A DNA stretch of 64,000 bases from Takakia lepidozioides (Eukaryota > Plantae > Bryophyta): contig CM060734.1 of NCBI GenBank assembly GCA_030704615.1, positions 22,940,001 through 23,004,000 of the forward strand, in the 5' to 3' direction. The notes beneath the pieces were generated by a model that was not told the DNA's origin, searched no databases, and saw only the letters and a program-made list of their open reading frames with translations. Shown piece after piece: positions 1 to 12,292 of the stretch (the stretch's first letter is position 1; each line of letters opens with the position of its first letter). The translations under genes were made by a program, and so were the position numbers.

Positions 1-1627
1 TCCACGATCTACGTTCAAGAGAAGTTGAATCCGTGCAAGTGTTGAATCTGTGTTGTTCCTTTGTTAAGAGCACGTCCTTCCCTCTCACAGTAGTGGAGGA
101 TGTTTGTCTGAACGAGGTGTGCATGCATTCAGGCCATTGTCAGTGACTACAGTTAACAGCTTCTGTTGCCCGGGTTGAGTTTATGCTACACAACAGGGGC
201 TTCCAGGTGGTGGACGAATATTGAAAAATTAGGATTAGGAAAGCTGATGGCCTTCTTCCTAAAGCTGAAGGGCGCACAACTTTGGCTCACCATTTATCTT
301 GACACAAGCTTGGGGCTCCGAGACCAAAAACTCAGGAATCGAGACGTACAACTGCCTTCACAAAACTGAACATCTAACAAAGTCATCAAGCCGTTCCCTT
401 TGCAAGGGCCGTGAAAACAGCCGCAAGCTCAATCGACAAGCAATACTGTGATGGACTGACAAGGCTGCTCTCAAAGCCATTTTTGGTATTTTTTGGTAAT
501 GGATTCCTCATATGCCATTTGGCAAGCATGTAGAGAAAAGTTTTGCATCTTCGAGCACCCACCAGATCACCTACTGGTTAAACAAATGAAAAAGAGCAGA
601 CCCGCCAACAAACCCAGTACCAGAGCGGGAAACAATGCACCACTCATTCGCTCCACAAGCTGCAGCCACTCGAAGGAAGAGACAACGACTCAAGGGGACA
701 TCGAAACACCGCTACGGCAAGAGCTTCAGACATTGTGCTCACATGGAAAAGAAACAGATACACCAGCACAAAACTCCACGCATACAACTGCACAGCGCAA
801 TCAAACAAGGTAACTCCTTATGGACTCCCCTCCTCTCAATTGCCCTCCACTTCCTTTCTCTGAGCATCCACACCACAAGGAAAGAAGGAAAAGCAAGAAG
901 CTAGCTACTCATATTGCGTCAACAGGGTGCCGGTAGCTACGTCACCGGCCTGTCCCGTCCGCTGCCAAATTCCGTATTCGGTCAGTTCGTTAGCCGGGTT
1001 CGGACGGTAGTCGCCGAACGACGTGACCCCATTCCCGACCCCTGCACTTTTGGTCCCGGCCAGGGACCCGGCGCGGCCGGTGGTCAAGCCCGGGCGACCG
1101 GTCTGTCCGGTCGCCCGGGTGAAGCAGTTGCCGCCCGCTTCTCCGCCAATAATGGGCCATTATTGCAAAGTGTCGGCCCGTGAGTTTCGCCGGTTTTCGC
1201 CACCTCGCTGCTATGCACACCGTAAATGATATTTGCAGTATTGTGGCGAAACTCGGTACGCGGTATGTACATACCTACCTGCGGTAGTTGGTGATAGGTA
1301 CCTGTCTTCCGTGGTAGGTAGATGTATTTGTACTGCGATGGTATGGGTATAGAGTATGATACGGTGGAGAGAGGGGATTTTGAAGGAATATTCTGGAGCA
1401 TCCGACCGTTGTTCCTTTGAACTATCTCTCTTTGGCTGACTTTGGACACACACTCACGCAATTGACGTGACCTGCCCACACACCATCCGCGCGTCACATT
1501 GCCGCCTCATTTTCCGAACTTTACGCCGTCTGGTTTTCCCTTTTCCGGACGTCACATTTTCCAACCAGCACGCAAGAAAATAATGTGGATGACCGGTGGG
1601 GGCCATCTCTGTTGCTGGCCAACCACA

Positions 1628-3646
1628 TTTATTATTATTATTATTTTTGAACAGGGGAAGGCCCTGAATTAATTTTATTGAGTTTATTGTGGGGAAAAAA
1701 ATTAAAACCCCAGATTACACCATGAGGTACACACACTGTAGTCAGTGATGAACGAACTATCCTCCCGAAGGGAGAAGATGAAGACAACCTAGGGTTACAA
1801 GCCCAATGTAGAAGTCACACCCATAGGGGGTTGCTTTGAATGTAGGCAGTCGCTTCTGGACTGGTGAGATCTACAAGGAATCCATGAGGTGAATGGCTTA
1901 GCAGCCGCTTGGAACCTGTCCGAAGCTTATTTGTGTGCACGAATGGATCTCAGCGAAATTTCAGTCTAGCAGCCGATTTGATGTGGCGCCAATTGATATC
2001 CCTGTCAAACTCGGGGGACGCCGCCATGGAGGGGTGTGTTGAGTTCTCGCCATCGATCTGGCGGTTGAGCTGCCCAGGCATAGTGGGATGGTGACGAGCT
2101 AGTGCAGAGAAGACCGTTTCTTGCCCAAGTGCTGGCAAACTGACTGTGGATTGCTGCCGCTTGTTGGGGTCTTTTTGCGACATCTGCACAGAGTTTTGCC
2201 CAAGCCTTCCTCCCTTCAATCTGCAAGTCCTAGAATACTCTAGAAAGCAAGGTAGATAAAGTGCAGGTGGTACCCGAGAGGGTCCAGGCACATCTAACTT
2301 TCCATATGTTCCACAGTGTAGAGCTGCGAAGGCAATCGTAGACTGGGCAGTTTGAAGCCTTGGTTTTTGTATTTGAGTCGTAGTTGAGTAGCAGATGTAC
2401 AACTGAGAAGTCTTGGGTATCCCAATGTCTATAAAATTCCTTAACGATAGGCCAGACTTTCCTGGGGGTAAGGCAACAAATAAGGCAATGTTCCAGGGTG
2501 TCCAACTGCCCATAGGAGCAACAAGAGCAAAGCAAGGCTTCCTGGAATTGTAACCATTCTCCCACCTTAAGGACTCTGTTGGCTATTTGCCATAGAAAGG
2601 CGGACATCTTGGCTGGCCTTGTTTTTTCCCAGCTACATGTCCAGATTGATTTCCAGTTTTCCTCCACAAACCCGTAAGATTGCCATTTCGAGTTCCATTT
2701 GGCAAAGATGGGCTGGGAGATACCAGTCTGAAAGCCAAAGGAAGTCCTGGCTGATCCTGCAATGCTAGCAATAGATGTGGAGTCCATAAAGTCTTGGTTG
2801 TTCCATATGTGTCTAACCTGGATCAATACAATAAAAAAAAATACACTCGCGTATGAACGTTTCAAAGAAGTAGAATAGAAATGGAATTATTGTTTAGTCT
2901 GGAACATGTCATATGAAGATTGTGTCTAATTATATAACCGCCACTGTACAGTGGAGGTTGCATGAGATAATAATGAAAAAAGTCGGACGGATGAATACTA
3001 GTGGATGAACATGGTTACGTGGATGAATAATGGTAATGACGGATGAATGTGAGCATTGACGTGACTGTCCAGTGGAGGTGTCTTGCTGCAAGGGAATGCA
3101 CGAGAGTTGCATCAACCCAAGGGCAAGGGAAACACACAGAAACAAACATCTGACAACTTGAGGTATGACGAAATACAGAAATTGAAGAGTATTGGACTGT
3201 AACTTCTAAACATGCAGATGTGCCAGATCTGTCCCAGTAAGACCATCTTTTGGCTTGGGCCCTTTGTGGTTGGGTTGGCATGTTGGTATTTAAAGAATAG
3301 GTGCTGTCGGAGGGTCTCTTCATAAGTCTGAGGTTCCATTTTCCGTAGAAAGGGTCGGAGCCTTCCCCATGCGTGCCAGATGGTGGTCCACAGGGATGAA
3401 CCTAAGGCTTTATGTTTGAACCCTTGAGCTACCCAACGCAGAGATGGGATCCAGAGGGCTGTTTTGAGGGGAGAGGCATCCTAGATGTTCTGAACCTCTA
3501 GATATTTCCACCAGCCCCCTTCTGGGCCAAAGAAGCGAGGAATCCATTTACCGAGGAGAGTTGTTATTTGGGTTTCTGGATCAATAATTCCAAGCCCCCC
3601 CCTGTTTTTTGGGCAGACAGATCTGACAGTTCATTGCAAACAGCTC
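1628..3646 (-). mobile_element. 5'-truncated, decayed L1/Tx1-type LINE (ORF2 C-terminus with zf-RVT zinc-binding region)
   Basis: Minus-strand CLPKKQGG(L)GIIDP...LLGKW motif (~3550-3620), typical of LINE ORF2 after the RT. zf-RVT-like KMSAFLWQIANRVLKVG...CSCC...DTLEHCLICC in ORF 2230..2865. (TAA)n/A-rich tail at 1628-1648. Imperfect TSD gccaaccaca (1618-1627) / gcccaccaca (3647-3656). Frameshifted. Confidence 0.85.
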
Positions 3647-4417
3647 GCCCACCACACTAGCTTCGATGATGATGGTCGAGTCGGCTATGATATGTTTACA
3701 CATTCACAATGAATGTCGCCTCCGCTCCACCGAATTACCACGCTTCTTGTTTTTTTTTTCCAGAAGTTGCATTTCCAACAAGCCTAAAATGGCGATTGGC
3801 TCTCTTGCTTTGGCAAAACATAAGATGAAGGTGAGAGTAAGGGGCATGACTCAGCACAAACACACCAATCGGTGCCTTGACGCGGTGTAAGGTCTTTTGA
3901 CCACATTTTCTCCATTGACTTCAACATGATGCAAAGTCTCTCTCTACAAGAGAGCCAACAAGCACACAAGAAAATAATGTGGATGACCGGTGGGGGGCAT
4001 CTTTGTCGCCGGCCAACCACACTAGCTTAATGGGCGAGTCGGCTATGGACGATGGGCTATGGATGATAATGGGCGAGTCGGCTATGATGGGTACACATTC
4101 ACAATGAATGTATAGGGTAAGCAACCCCAGGAGAGGTGCTTCACAGGTGTGAGCCCCTTGCCACGAGGGCCCTAAAGAATTTTCAAAAAAAAATGTCTTG
4201 TCAGGCTGGCAAGGCGCGTTACGGACTAAGTAGCATTCGAGAGGAGCCCTGCTACCGGATATAGCAGGTCGCCATGACACCTCGCCATGACACCTCGGCA
4301 TAGCGCTATATAGGACTATGTAGCATGCTATATCCGGTAGCATGGGCTCCTCTCGAGCGCTACCGGACATAACCGATTTTTAAGGTAGTGAGCTAGTCAG
4401 TTTACCCTTGTACGTAC

Positions 4418-6026
4418 CAGTGTTGGGAGGGTATTGGGTACCCAGAGGGTATCAAAACAGGTATCAATGCGGGTATGTGGACCCGGACCCGCAGGGTACA
4501 TTGTTGGACAATACCAGGTTCATAACCTACCCACCGGTTAAGTGCTGAGCTCATATTGATGCTGACACCTGGACCCTTGGATGCTTTGGTGATGTTGATA
4601 TTGATATTTATGAGGGCTAAAAAAAACTAGATTTCCCACATATCAATAGGCAAGGACTACGCTTACCCGACGAGTTTTAAGGCAAGCGTGTGAGGTGGGG
4701 CCGCTGGCTTGAGCTCAGGGAGGCTTCGGCATACTACCTGTCAAATCTCTTCCCCCACTGTGAAGGTGGGGAGTGCTCCACACCTCCTGCTCCCTCCTCA
4801 CGCTCCCCATTTTTAGGACCATGTTCCCCAACATTTTCCAATTTTGCTCCCATGTTCCCGGTCCAAGATCCTTGCTCCCCATAGTGGGACAGGGAGCGGG
4901 GACCACAAACAAGGGAGCGAGCCACATTCCACAGGTCAAGTACGTGAGCGAGGACCGGGAACAGGGGAGCGAGCCATGGTCCATAGGACGAGGAGGGAAG
5001 CGAGGACCGGGACCAGGGGAGCGAGTTGCGTTCATATAGCGAGGAGGGGAGCGAAGACCAAGAACAGGGGAGCGAGGACAAGGGACAAGGATAGGGGAGC
5101 GGGACTGGGAACAATGAGGGGACAGGGGAGCGTAGCCACGATCTTGGACTTAGGATTATTTTGGAGATGAAAAACTACATTATTGCCAAGTATTGAAGCT
5201 CAGGCCTCAACTTCGTAACACACATCACCTAGCCACCACGCTACCATCAGCTTCTTGCCTCAACTCTGATTTCCTAATCCTTTATTCTACAAATACAGGC
5301 TCGCAAGTGAGAGGGGAGCAAGGTGGGGGGGGGGGTGTGGGGATTTGACAGCGCGCCCCGCCACAACGTCGCCGGAACGTTGCCGGTACGGCCATCCCCG
5401 GCGACCGTACCGGCAAGGCTCCCACGCTTGCATTCAACTCGTCGGGCAAGCGTAGTCTGCTCGATATCAATATCAAGTGGCTGGACATGTCACATTTTAG
5501 TTTTGATTCCCCATCTTCAAGGATTTAGCACCCCTTTAAAAACATGTTAAACCGAACTAATACTTAAACGTTGTCAAACATTGCCCAAATTTACACACCG
5601 TACCTTAAGAAATACAAACTACTTAAAGTACTTAGGAATACTAACTAACTTTATAATTCTAGCCACCTAAATAAGTACATTAGTATTAGTATTAGGTAAT
5701 AGATAACATTTTGATTTAATTAATTAGTATTCCTCATCACTTTGATAAGTTCGGATAAATTTTACATGGAGAGGGCGCTCTTAAAAAATGGTTGAAGAAC
5801 TTTTTTAAATCCCGGCCCCGGGTTGATAATAGTAGGTTATCATCCATGTTTGATTGTTATTGATATATTGTCTAATAATTCTGATAATGGGCTTGATTGA
5901 TAACCCCCGGTTCTGTAAAATCCTAAATAATTCTAGTATTGGTCTCTGGCGGGTATGTCCACAACCTCACCCAGCCAATACCCGGAACGAGCGGGTCTTA
6001 CAAAAGATAATAACCTCCCAACACTG
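4418..6026. mobile_element. Non-autonomous hAT-type DNA transposon
   Basis: TIRs CAGTGTTGGGAGG (4418) / CCTCCCAACACTG (to 6026). Perfect 8-bp TSD GTACGTAC (4410-4417, 6027-6034). No transposase ORF. Confidence 0.85.
4649..5463. mobile_element. Mutator-like MITE nested inside the hAT element
   Basis: ~36-bp imperfect TIRs gactacgcttacccgacgagttttaaggcaagcgtg / cacgcttgcattcaactcgtcgggcaagcgtagtc. 9-bp TSD ATATCAATA (4640-4648, 5464-5472). Internal ggggagcgagga repeats. Confidence 0.75.
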
Positions 6027-6544
6027 GTACGTACCTACCACCACCGGATATAGCAGGAGCCAGGACCGAGCCGTGTAGGTAGTTAGAATCTAGTAGGTAG
6101 AATACCACATATAACACCCCTCCTAAAATCCAGTAGAAACATGCCATGTCAGCAAGTATGCTCTAAAAATTGGTTATGGAGGCGTGAGGTGGTGACACTC
6201 CGTAAGCCACTCTAGCAATTTGGCACTATATTCCACGAAATAAGCCCACTGGAAATGCAAAGGATTTTTTTTGGAAATTCTTTACGTACCTTGGAATGGT
6301 CGAGCAACAGCGTCTAACGCTCTGTAGGACTCGGGGCGAGACACGTGGCGCGCATAGCGTTAGGCGCTGCTGCGAGGCTTTCCAGTATTATAATGTGTTT
6401 AGGAGCCACATGTCATACTATCATTGGAAAAGCAAAGCGAAACAGTGCATTATGACCGTAATCTGCACTTAGGGCGCATTACATCCGTTATGTGCAGGCT
6501 ATCGTGGACATGGGAATTTATTGAATATTATTAGTCTATTAAAT

Positions 6545-7158
6545 AGAAGATAATAGGAATAATGTAAGAACTTAATGCACACGTGCAACATCTGACAGGA
6601 TGGTATGCCGGTTTTCGGCATGTCAAATCTTCCCCACCCTCTCTTGAGAGTGACATGAACTGAAGGAGTGTCAACTCTAGTCAGGGTTACACTGGGTTAC
6701 ACGATGAGGTGTGTAACTCCACTCGATGTTACACAGAATGGAGTGTAACTCCAGTCGGTGTAACCCACAGTTGGTCTCGAAATTTGACTAAGTCCAAATG
6801 TGGCTAAGTATAAAGTGGACTGTCCAGAGTTACATGAGAAACCGGGGTTACACAGGGTTAGATAGGGTTACACCAATTGGAGGGTTACATCGACTGGGGT
6901 TACACTACAAGAGCCTCCCATCAAGAATTGATCCCCAACCCTTCGCCGCCTGCACCGCTATCACCTTACCATCACGCTACCCACCACAGCTTGCAACCCA
7001 CTTGGATTCTTAAATATTTAATAATGAAACCGAGGTAAGAGGGGGTGGGGAGGATTTGACAGGGCCCTTGAGGAGGAGCCCAGTCTGCCGGAATCCGGCG
7101 AAAGTACCGTCAGATCACACGGGTCCATTAAGTTCTTACATTATTCCGATTATCTTCC
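6545..7158. mobile_element. Mutator-like MITE upstream of SEC14
   Basis: ~100-bp imperfect TIRs (gaagataataggaataatgtaagaacttaatg...tgtcaaatcttccccacc mirrored at 7037-7158). Degenerate 9-bp TSD ctattaaat/ctgttgaat. Internal gttacac/gtgtaac repeats. Confidence 0.75.
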
Positions 7159-8106
7159 CTGTTGAATGGCGTAATACACACCCAAAATCCTTAACATTTG
7201 TGTAAGCACCCCCCCACAGAGTACGCTTACACAAATGTAAGGCGCCTGCTAGGGCCCGCGGGTGCCATTCACCTTAATAAGCGCCCTTGAAATACAAAGA
7301 GAATTTTCGACCGGTGCTTTACGCATATTCAATGCGACCAACAGCCAACTCATGGGAAGAAAACCACCCTCAACAAGACCGCCCCGGAGCGATAACAATT
7401 GACGACAGATCGGTTACATATATCTTTGCTGGTTATTTTCTCCCTTGCCCCTATAACGGGCCAGGCCGCCTCTGTCCCCTGTCTTTTTATATAGTTATAT
7501 TTATATTAATATATGTGTGTGTATATCTCGCGGAATATTCTAGAAGAAACGTTACGTTTAGGCGGGTGAGGTGGCGATAGGGTGGCGAAACAGGCAGGCG
7601 GGCAATAATGGAGGCAGGGAGAGCAGCGGTGCGCAGGCGGTACGAGGGGAGGCTGAGAGCGTGGGTTGTGCGTTGCTTGCCTGCCTGCGTTCGGGGCGAG
7701 CGAGACGAGACAAGAGACTGCTGCTGCGCACATGGGCGCTGCAGGCATCGACGAGCGAGAAGGTGGAGGGAGGGAGGGGGGGAGCGGGCATTGGTAGCGT
7801 GGGGATGGAGGCAGAGCGTGCGGGGTGTGGTGAGGGGGTGGTGTTGGAGAGGGAGCGGGGGTGGTGAGGGTGCGGCGGTGGTTTTGGGGTACATTATGCT
7901 GCACCAAGGTTGTGGAGATCGTAAGCATTGTTTGCCAGTCGTGTTCCCTGGCCTGCTGCGTCTAGGCGGCGTTCGTTTGTGACTTGTTTCTGCGGTTGGA
8001 ACGGTGGTTTGTGACGGGGAGGAGGGGCTTGATGCTTCATGATCTGTGCCATTGTGCCTCTCAGCATCAAGATTCGATGCCCTCGTCGAGTCGAGAGGCG
8101 GACGCT

Positions 8107-9585
8107 ATGAGCGGTCTTCCTGGAGATCTGACGCAGGGGCAGCAGGAGACGTTATGCAGATTTCGAGATATCCTCGCGGAGCAAAGGCTGCTGCGCAAGC
8201 GAGATGGCGACTATTCATTGCTCCGCTTTCTGCGCGCTCGTGGTTTTGACATTGCAAAGGCCAAGGCCATGTTTGAGGCTATGCTGGAATGGCGTCAAGA
8301 AGTCGGTGCGGACTCCATTAAAGAGGTCTCCTTCTGATCGTTTTTCTGTAATGCTCGTTTCATGTGTTACGTGCGTCTCCTCTTTGTAGTCTGGATAACC
8401 TAGCAACTGGTTTCTTGTAGTGTTATTGCATTTGGACAGAGAACCAGCAGATCTAGAGGCTGGCTCCTCTGGACATAAGATATGCATACGTTAAACAACT
8501 GGTATTACTTTCTCGTGCCTGTACAAGTGCAGGCCGTCTTCTAACGACCAATGTTCACCTGCATTCTATTGAGGCATTCAGATTGTCGTTTGGTGCCTAT
8601 GACAGACCTTCGAGTTTCCAGAAAGGAAAGCAACGAAGGAGCTGTATCCGCACTTTCACCACAAGACAGATAAGATGGGGCGGCCTGTGTACATTGAGAG
8701 GCTAGGCCAGTTGCAAGTGGATGAGCTCCTGAAAGTTACAACGATGGACCGTATGATGCTGTATCACGTGAAGGAATGGGAAGTATTGATCGATTGGAAG
8801 TTTCCAGCATGCTCCAAGAAAGCTGGACAAGTTATTTCCCAGTCACTTACAATTCTGGATTTGAAAGGAGTGGTAATATCCTTCATTCAATCGACCCTGT
8901 TGTTTATGTTGCATAGTCCTTTGGGTTCTGTTAACCCTATATGGCTTTTCTTTCTTCCTTTGTGTATCGCACCTGGTTCCCCCTAGGTTTACGCTACCCC
9001 CCCCCCCCCCTTTGGCTGTCGGTAAGCGGGGTCTGTGTAGCAGTCATTGTCCAGAGAAGGATCTTCCTTTCTTAATCCGCCCCATGTACGTTGAAGCAAT
9101 TTCCTTTTCCCTCCCTGCACTGGTCCCTTGTACTCTGATGGTGGGCAAGATTAGAGCTACTGGGCTGTTGCATGGTGTTCCTTATGTCTAGTTTGTATCC
9201 TCAGCAGTGTCTTGTGATCGTGTGATTGCAGACCATGAAGCATATGAGTAAACAAGTGCGACATTTTATTCAAAAAATTACGAAAACGGATCAAGATTTT
9301 TATCCAGAGTACTTAGGGAAGATGTACATTGTTAATGCCCCAACTGCTTTCAAGGCCATTTGGGCCATGGTAAAGCCGTGGCTTGATAAGAGGACTCAGA
9401 AGAAGATTGAAGTGCATGGCAGTAACTTTTCTTCAAAATTGCTGGAGTTGGTGGATAGCGAGAATCTTCCCGAGTTTCTAGGAGGCTCTTGTTCTTGCCT
9501 AGGCGGATGTGAGAACTCAGATGCCGGCCCTTGGAATGAGGCCTTATACCAGGCACTTGATGAACCTCCCAAGGCACCTGCTTAG
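8107..9585 (+). CDS. SEC14: SEC14-like (SFH) phosphatidylinositol/phosphatidylcholine transfer protein, CRAL-TRIO; exons 8107-8325, 8606-8872, 9232-9585 (~279 aa)
   Basis: Motifs LLRFLRARGFDIAKA, HKTDKMGRPVYIERLG, TILDLKGV, DQDFYPEYLGKMYIVNAP, VKPWLDKRTQKKI, NLPEFLGG. Two phase-0 GT-AG introns join the exons in frame. In-frame upstream ATGs (8032, 8077) make the start uncertain. Confidence 0.93.
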
Positions 9586-10799
9586 ATAGGTTGGCATCGT
9601 CGAGCATTGCCAACCTTTTATAGTCTGTTATATCGGTAACAGTCTTTCTGAAGAATCAGAGTGTAGTTGCTTTAGGGGGCTTTGTATGTACAAGGTTTTG
9701 GTCTCTGCAAAGTGGAGCCCACTGTTGTTTCATTGAACGTCTACTGCTGAAGATGGAAAGCTGACCCTGTAATCTTCAGGATTCTTTGTCAATTAGAAAA
9801 TCTGCTGTTGGCTTGGGACATGAGCTGTAGCACAGCAGGGCAGCATTCCCCTTGGAGCAGATGCCAAGTGCACTTCTAAGGTATTGCTGGAACGCATGTA
9901 TTCAGTCTCAGAAACATTTTTAGTGCGGTACTTAGCACTGTATGGAAGTGTAATGCTTGATGTTCAAGCACAAACTGCAGATTCTTACAAAGATTAAAAA
10001 AAAAACACTCTGGTGGCTGTTCTCCTTTTTTTTTTCTGATGAATGTCCCAACTATTAGCTGTGGGGTGAAAACCAGTCTGTTTGTTTGATGCTCAATGGC
10101 ATCCATTTGTGCGTGAGCTGCAGATGATATGAAGGACTCAAATGCATGGGAAAGATTGGGTGCGGAATAATTGTATTGTGCCCGGATAGCTGATTATGGA
10201 TCTACTTACATCATCAGATGTGGCAACAGATACTAGTTGGAAAGGGGATACCACAAGATTGGGGATGCAAAACCAGGGAGATTCTTCACTCTCAGATGCA
10301 TGCCCAGTCGGAGGTTTGTGTCTGTCTCCTGGCACCTGTCGTTTCTACACCATGTACTGCACCGGACCTAAATCGTAACACAAGGCCTGTAAGCCAGGCT
10401 CAGAACTACCAAAGTATGTTGCAACCAAGGATATTCATCTTCTCTATTTGCTACTAGTGCACTTGAACTTAACCTAACCCAAGAGCACTAGTCTTCCGGT
10501 CCCAATATTGATGTGGCTTGATTTTAATGCGCACGCTTGAGCTGAGAGGTATGGCCCGTGAGGTTGCCCGTGAACCCCCAGCCTTGCCGGCGTGCAGAGC
10601 GCCCCATGTCAAATCCCCCCCAACCCCCGCCTCCTCCGCCGGCCCGCCCCTCCCGCCTGCCCCCGCTCGTCCGCCCGTCCGCTACCGCTCCTCCGCCACA
10701 TGCCCACCGTCCCCTCTGTCGCCATGTGGCCTCATATCCGACTGAGTGGGTATGCAGATGATATACATACCCAGCCGACTACCGCCAGCCCGGGATGAT

Positions 10800-11780
10800 C
10801 CCCCTCCCAAGCTTCATCCCCGCCGTCCCTTCCTGATCCACGTGCCGACGATCCCCCGGTACACATAACCCCGTGTCCACCACTCCCGCTGATCCCCTTG
10901 TCTGACTGATCCCCCAGCTCCAGGGGATCTGCGCCGTCCCCCCGACACCCACGTGGCACCCATCGCAACGATCCCCCGCGACCCTGTGTCCCAGTGTCCC
11001 CCACTCCTGCTGATCCCCTAGTCTGATCCTCCAGCCCCGGGGGATCTGCGCCGTCCCCCTCATGCCCACGTGGCACCCATCGCGACGTTCCCCCGCGGAC
11101 CTGTGTCCCAGTGACCCCCACTCCCGCTGATCCCCTTGTGTGACTAATCCCCCATATCCGGGGGATCTGCGCCGTCCCCCTCATGCCCGTGCCACCCATC
11201 CCGACAATCCCCCGCAACCCTGTGTCCCCGTGTCCCCCACTCCTGCATATCCCCTTGTCTGACTGATCCTCCAGCCCCGGGGGATCTGCGCCGTCCCCCC
11301 ACACCCACGTGGCACCCATCGCGATGATCCCCCGCGACCCTCTGTCCCCGTGTCCCCCACTCCCGCTGATCCCCTTGTCTGACTGATCCCCCAGCCCCCG
11401 GGGATCTGCGCCATCCCCCTCAGGCCCACGTGGCACCCATCGCGACGTTCCCCTGCGACCCTGTGTCCCACTGATCCCTTGTGTGACCGAGCCCCTAGAT
11501 CCGGGGGATCTGTGCCATCCCCCTCATGCCCACGTGCCGCCCATCGCAACGATCCCCTGCAACCCTGTGTCCCCGTGTCCCTGATCCCCCGACGCTCACT
11601 GATCCCCCATAGCCGGCCAATCCTTGTTGTCCCCCTAGATCCGTGTCTGGACCCCTGGTGTCGGCCCCGTGTCCCCCGCTCATGCTAGATCCCCTCCTCT
11701 GATCGATCCCCCAGCCCCGGGGATCTCCGCCGTCCCCCTCGTACCCACGTGCCACCCCCTGCCAAGATCCCCCGACCATG
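10800..11780. repeat. GC-rich ~120-bp tandem repeat array (about 7 units)
   Basis: The core ggggatctgcgccgtccccc...cccacgtggcacccatcgc recurs at ~10923, 11040, 11161, 11280, 11400 and 11503, with a degenerate copy at 11718. Confidence 0.9.
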
Positions 11781-11949
11781 TCCTCGGCCCCCGCAGTCTG
11801 ACCGTTACCCCACAGCCTGTTGCTGATCCCCTGCCTGTCTGATCCCCTCTTCATCGGCCGTCCATTACAAGCATTCATCCAACGGTCATAGAACACTCCC
11901 GCCTGTTGGGTCTCCGAGATGGACGGAGGGGATTGATCCCGATGTGGGG

Positions 11950-12276
11950 TGTCAAGCTATTTTACCACTAGTGTGAAACTAGCTAGGAAATAGCTAGTTT
12001 TTACATATTGACATTTGGGATTGGCCCAAGTGTCAATCCAGGGGTCAAGGCAGATTTAGGCCCTGGAGTGGTTATCTTCACGGCAAGCGCGGGAGGCTCA
12101 TCTTTCTCGAGTTGAGCCTCACCGCGCCTAGCTATGGTGCCGTAGTGTGGATTCCCCATGGCGTGGGGTGCACTTGGCTTGACTTGTATTTGAGTGATGA
12201 GTTTATATATGCATGAGTTTAAGCTTCAACTTTGTGAGCTCGCATGAGCTTGTGCTTGTATTCTTCTTCTTTATCA
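11950..12276 (+). repeat. Repeat A1 (3' portion, R/U5, of the LTR), 327 bp
   Basis: Matches 22668-22994 with 6 substitutions counted by eye, all transitions. Ends ...ttatCA. Confidence 0.95.
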
Positions 12277-12292
12277 CTCGAGAAAGATGAGC
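12277..12292 (+). promoter_or_regulatory. Putative self-priming primer-binding site
   Basis: ctcgagaaagatgagc directly after the LTR end is the exact reverse complement of LTR bases 12096-12111. No TGG-type tRNA PBS is present. Confidence 0.75.

Noticed and set aside
1-900. Protein-coding gene
   Set aside because: Only short ORFs with no recognisable motif. It may be the UTR or intron of a gene outside the window.
7287-7982. Overlapping 100-140-aa ORFs on both strands
   Set aside because: G-rich low-complexity promoter/5'UTR of SEC14.
10732-11896. Gly/Pro-rich ORFs (up to 234 aa)
   Set aside because: Translations of a GC-rich tandem repeat.
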